From Raja brachyura (taxonomy: Eukaryota): a stretch of DNA of 64,000 nt. A model generated the notes under the pieces. The model had not been told where the DNA came from, did not search any database, and was given only the letters and a program-made list of their open reading frames with translations. Shown piece after piece: positions 40,701 to 64,000 of this stretch (positions are counted from its first letter, which is position 1; the number at the start of each line of letters is the position of its first letter). The DNA is taken from positions 21,328,001-21,392,000 of the forward strand of contig OY740806.1 in assembly GCA_963514005.1 (NCBI GenBank). The letters are read 5' to 3'. Both the position numbers and the translations under genes were made by a program.

Positions 40701-42831
40701 CAATAACAAGCTTCTGTTGTACTTTTATTTCAGCTGAGATAGATCTAGCAGATGAGAATGGAGAGGTGAAAAATCTATTACTAAACCAACATTCGTACTC
40801 CTCTGATATCTTGACTGGAAGAGAAGTCTATGTTCTACTTGGCGTGAACAGTAAGTTGGTTCCTCAAAAGAAAAGGAGTAATTATAGGGCACGAATGGGC
40901 ATGTTTACAGTTACCAAAGCAAAATGGAAATAAATGAACATTCATTTCAGATTGCTGCCAGTCACACAGGATCTGATCACGTGAAAACAGAAAAAGCAGC
41001 AATAAAAGAATGAGTGATGGAAAGGGATAAAAAAGCAACTGATGCTTGCAAACTGACATTGCATTTAATGTAAACCAATGCTACAAGCATAACACTGGTT
41101 AAAAAAAATCATTATTTCATTTGTTGAACGTAAACTGTAGATTAATCTAGCTCTTTCTGAAATGTACATAGTGACAGTGATGGCATATAGCATCTGGGGA
41201 CCCCACTGGTCTCTGACCCTCGCCTTCTGGACTGGAGGACATAGAAACATTTATGGACAAATCTCTATGTTTTCTTTTCTAAAATGTTTTTAAAGTGGTT
41301 GTGAATACCTTTATATCTTCCAGGGCCTGTCAGCCCCTCCAAACCAAGATATACACCTTTACTGAACAATAATAATATTGTCACTTCAAAATTCTTAGGT
41401 AAGTCAAAAAGATCTCAGCTTTTCAGTTTCCAACCCGAAACGTCACCTATCCTTGTTCTCCAAAGATGTTGCCCAACCAGCTGCGTTACTCCAGCACTTT
41501 GTGTCCTTCAGAGTTTTTAGTTTAATGCATGTGGATGAAGAAAGCAACTCTATTTATCAGTGTACAAAATGAAAGTAATAGAACAAATGTAGTCATGTAT
41601 GGGATCAATGCACCTCATATACCAGTGGCTGTATTTTATACTGTATTTCTGAGATCCACAGCATTACTGATGGAGCAATAGGTTCCCCCTTCATAAAAAC
41701 TTCCATTTGTTTGTTGTTTGCAAAAAATACTGAGGTAGCAAAGAATAATTAATTGATTTTTAGACGCTGGCTTAAGGCCTCTGTTTCACTCACTCTGTGT
41801 AGAATACAGATTGACCTCATCTATTGATCTTCTTTTCCTGAAGCTAAACTAGGAATCCGGCTGGATTCTCGAGGTCAGTCCAGAGGAAAAGCAAAAAGGC
41901 TGCACAAGATATCTTCTTCACCATCTTCCTCCATTTCATTCAAGACAGATGGTAAGAATGTTAATATGCTACAGTTAAAATGCAGTTTTCATTGAGCGTT
42001 CTGTGAAGCCAAAAAAGGGTTTTCTGATCTTTTATCTCCTGCAATTTATGGACCTTGTTGTTTTTCAAACTGGGTTAAACTATCTTTGTTTTGATCACCA
42101 ACAATTAGTCAAAATGGATTTATTTCATCTTCCACATAGAATAAAAGTCAAACTTGACTATTCACCACCATCTACGTCTCAAGCAGATAGTAGCATGTAT
42201 GAAATAGGAGCCAAGTTTATGTGTTCCAGTTTCTGGAGCAGTGCTTCAACTCAGAACCTTCTAACTTGTTGCAAGTCTGCCAGCATTGACACAAACCTGA
42301 ACAGAGGAAAGAAGACATGTGCATCCCACCTGTCAAGACGAGAGTTTTGCCCATGTTTCTCTTTTTTTCAAGACACACACCCTTGTTTACATTCCCCTGT
42401 TTTGTCGACAACTCAAAATGATTATTATTCCATGATTGTTTAGTATTGTAATATTTAACCTGCAACCCTATTTTTATCCTCTCTCCATAGCAATATTGCC
42501 ATCTTGGAATGTTAATGATAATCATAGAAACATGTTTGTAGACTTTAATTTCCATGGTATGCATTTTGTGTTCTTTCAAAATGTAGTTGGAAAGTCACAG
42601 CTGAATTAAGGGATTTAAAACCTCCTGTATGCCAATCAGGCTCGAAATATAGACAAACACGCATAGTAAAAGGTCTTGTAGCTTTGTGTTGTAGATTTTG
42701 TACTCCTTTTCTGTTTGGTAATACTCTGCTTCACGATTTGTTTATCAGGTAAACACAGCGTTTCACCTCAAGGGAGACATAAACATCCCTTATTACCTCA
42801 CTCAGGGAAGCACGTGAGGCACTCTAGTTAA
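34742..42831 (+). CDS. CXorf65/C22orf15-family small protein, complete, 6 exons, 164 aa
   Basis: Exons 34742-34766 (ATG), 37240-37326, 40734-40850, 41324-41398, 41844-41951, 42749-42831 (TAA); all introns phase 1, GT-AG. Protein MFITVLYGDNEHALFNPYCKTQILLDCIKQNCHYETEAEIDLADENGEVKNL...REVYVLLGVN...YTPLL matches the MFIxxxxG/NxxC/IDL/YVL/YxPLL pattern I recall for CXorf65/C22orf15, followed by a basic Ser-rich tail. Confidence 0.85.
37549..38060 (+). mobile_element. GC-rich non-autonomous LINE derivative (related family)
   Basis: Starts AAATGGCGGCG...CCTGCAG, then a T-rich block and a G-run with GGGGGAAACT; same layout as 15393-16220 and 52070-52781. Confidence 0.55.
39119..39706. mobile_element. 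PIF/Harbinger-type MITE, family 1 (opposite orientation to 21794-22350)
   Basis: TIR AGGGCCTGTCCCACCAGCATGCAACT; TTA at 39116-39118 and 39707-39709; internal sequence collinear with the first copy. Confidence 0.9.
39975..40201. repeat. Inverted-repeat element built from Penelope-like termini
   Basis: AAATGCTGGAGTAGCTAAG... facing CCCAAAACGTCACC...GTTACACCAGCATTTT. Confidence 0.65.
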
Positions 42832-43535
42832 CAATGTAATTTGCATTTAATCATTTGTTAAATATTATTTAAAGCAATTCCACTTATTTTCTTACATTTC
42901 AAAGTGTTCTGAATTTTTTTTTGTCTAAGCTACTAACTACCAGACTTGGAAATTGATGAAACAAATTGCGCTATTGATAATCAAATGTTTTTTTACTGAT
43001 AATGTCACAAAACAATTAAACAAGCACTGGGTATTTTACAATTACAGTAGCAACAGGTATGTTCTCTTTTAGTTATTTTTCTGCTTCTCTCTCCAAATTG
43101 TAGAATGCTTGGTTTATTCCACGATCCTGTGAGTAAAAGCACATATGCAAAGCTCTATTGATTCATTGTGACCGACTTAATAAGGTACAGATCAGCTGCA
43201 AACCCACGTATCATTTATTTCATATTTAATTAATGTGTGCAAAGTGCTGGGATACGATTGGATGAGAATTGTTTTACATTATAATGCTAGACCGGAATTA
43301 CTACTAGAGAACAGGCAGAGAAGTAACCAGCAACTGTTTGGTATTTTTTAAAGTGTAAAATGCCGACACTTACTGCTCCCCAGCAGTTAGATAGAAGTAA
43401 ACCTCTGCATGGAATTATTGCTTCTACAATATGGTGCAATTCTTCACTCTTCTACCTGCTTGGCCGTATCTGCTGACGACTTTGCACCTTGCATTTGGAG
43501 CGACACGCAGGGTTGGAAGAGTCGCAAGTCAACCT

Positions 43536-63194
<19,659 letters not shown>

Positions 63195-63314
63195 CTGTAA
63201 ATTAATACAACATGTTACTCATAGATTAGTACATATTTCCATTTCCCTTTTCTTTTTTTAATGTGCTCAACTCAAATGATATGAACACATTCAGAGTCAA
63301 ATATACAACTTTGG

Positions 63315-63640
63315 ATCAGTGGCCACACACCTCATCAACCCTGATGTACCATCCAGTAAAACCATGGCTGATCTAATTGTAACCTCAACTCTGCATTCCC
63401 ATTTATCTGCAGTAGTCTTTCACTCCCTTACTTAGTAAGTATGGATCCAGCAGCTCCTTATAAAAAGGAGCCACCCTTTGAAAACAGTGCAAACCATTCG
63501 AGACTCATTAAAAAATATTGTCATATCTCCGTTTTAAATGGATAACCCTAGTTCTTGATTATTTCACAAGAGAATACATCCACCCTGTCAAGGCCCTCAG
63601 AATCTTTTACGATTCCATGAAGTTCTTTCCCATCCTTCTA
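63315..63640 (-). mobile_element. Degraded CR1-type 3' fragment
   Basis: CATGGCTGATCT...CCCTAGTTCTTGATT...CACCCTGTCAAGGCCCTCAGAATCTT pattern. Confidence 0.5.
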
Positions 63641-64000
63641 AACTCAATCATTTAAATGTACGGTTCTATCCAGTCTTTTTGCAAAAGATCATAGTATTCC
63701 AAGTATCTGGCCAGTCTTCTGCACTTAGCAGCCCATTAACATTGAAGATGACTTGCTACCATTCTAGTTTTGTGGGTTGTGAGACAACTAATGTGGCCAA
63801 TGTGAGAAATGGTTTGGTCAGCAGATTCAGATGGAGCAGATTAATAGGTGGCATATGCGTAGTGTGCACCTTCTGCCATTCATGCAGGACTTCTGCATGC
63901 ACTAGATGCATGGACTTGAGGTTCTCAATACCATCCTGAGTGATATGGTCATAGGCCAGAAAATCCTAGGAAACAATAGGGACACCACATTTTTCCAAAG

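Overview
Eukaryotic, AT-rich, intron-rich genomic DNA from a cartilaginous fish, probably a skate or ray (inferred from HE1/V-SINEs and CR1/HER1-type tails). Almost every ORF in the supplied track is spurious or is an exon running on into intron. I assembled three spliced genes by hand from GT-AG boundaries with continuous reading phase. (A) + strand, 2023-32085: the last 19 exons (~932 aa) of a large uncharacterised single-pass membrane protein whose 5' end lies outside the window. (B) + strand, 34742-42831: a complete 6-exon, 164-aa CXorf65/C22orf15-family gene. (C) - strand, 63194-43536: the last 14 exons of a non-gastric H+/K+-ATPase alpha subunit (atp12a), convergent with gene B. The introns hold HE1 SINEs, CR1 fragments, Penelope-like (GIY-YIG) relics, about 20 Penelope-terminus arms or hairpins with minimal hammerhead-like cores, four Harbinger-type MITEs with TTA/TAA target duplications, a ~1 kb TIR element with a 7-8 bp target duplication, and GC-rich non-autonomous LINE derivatives. 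The best leads are the domain architecture of gene A, the hammerhead-like hairpin family, and unusual substitutions in ATP12A. No database searches were run; family names come from recognising motifs.
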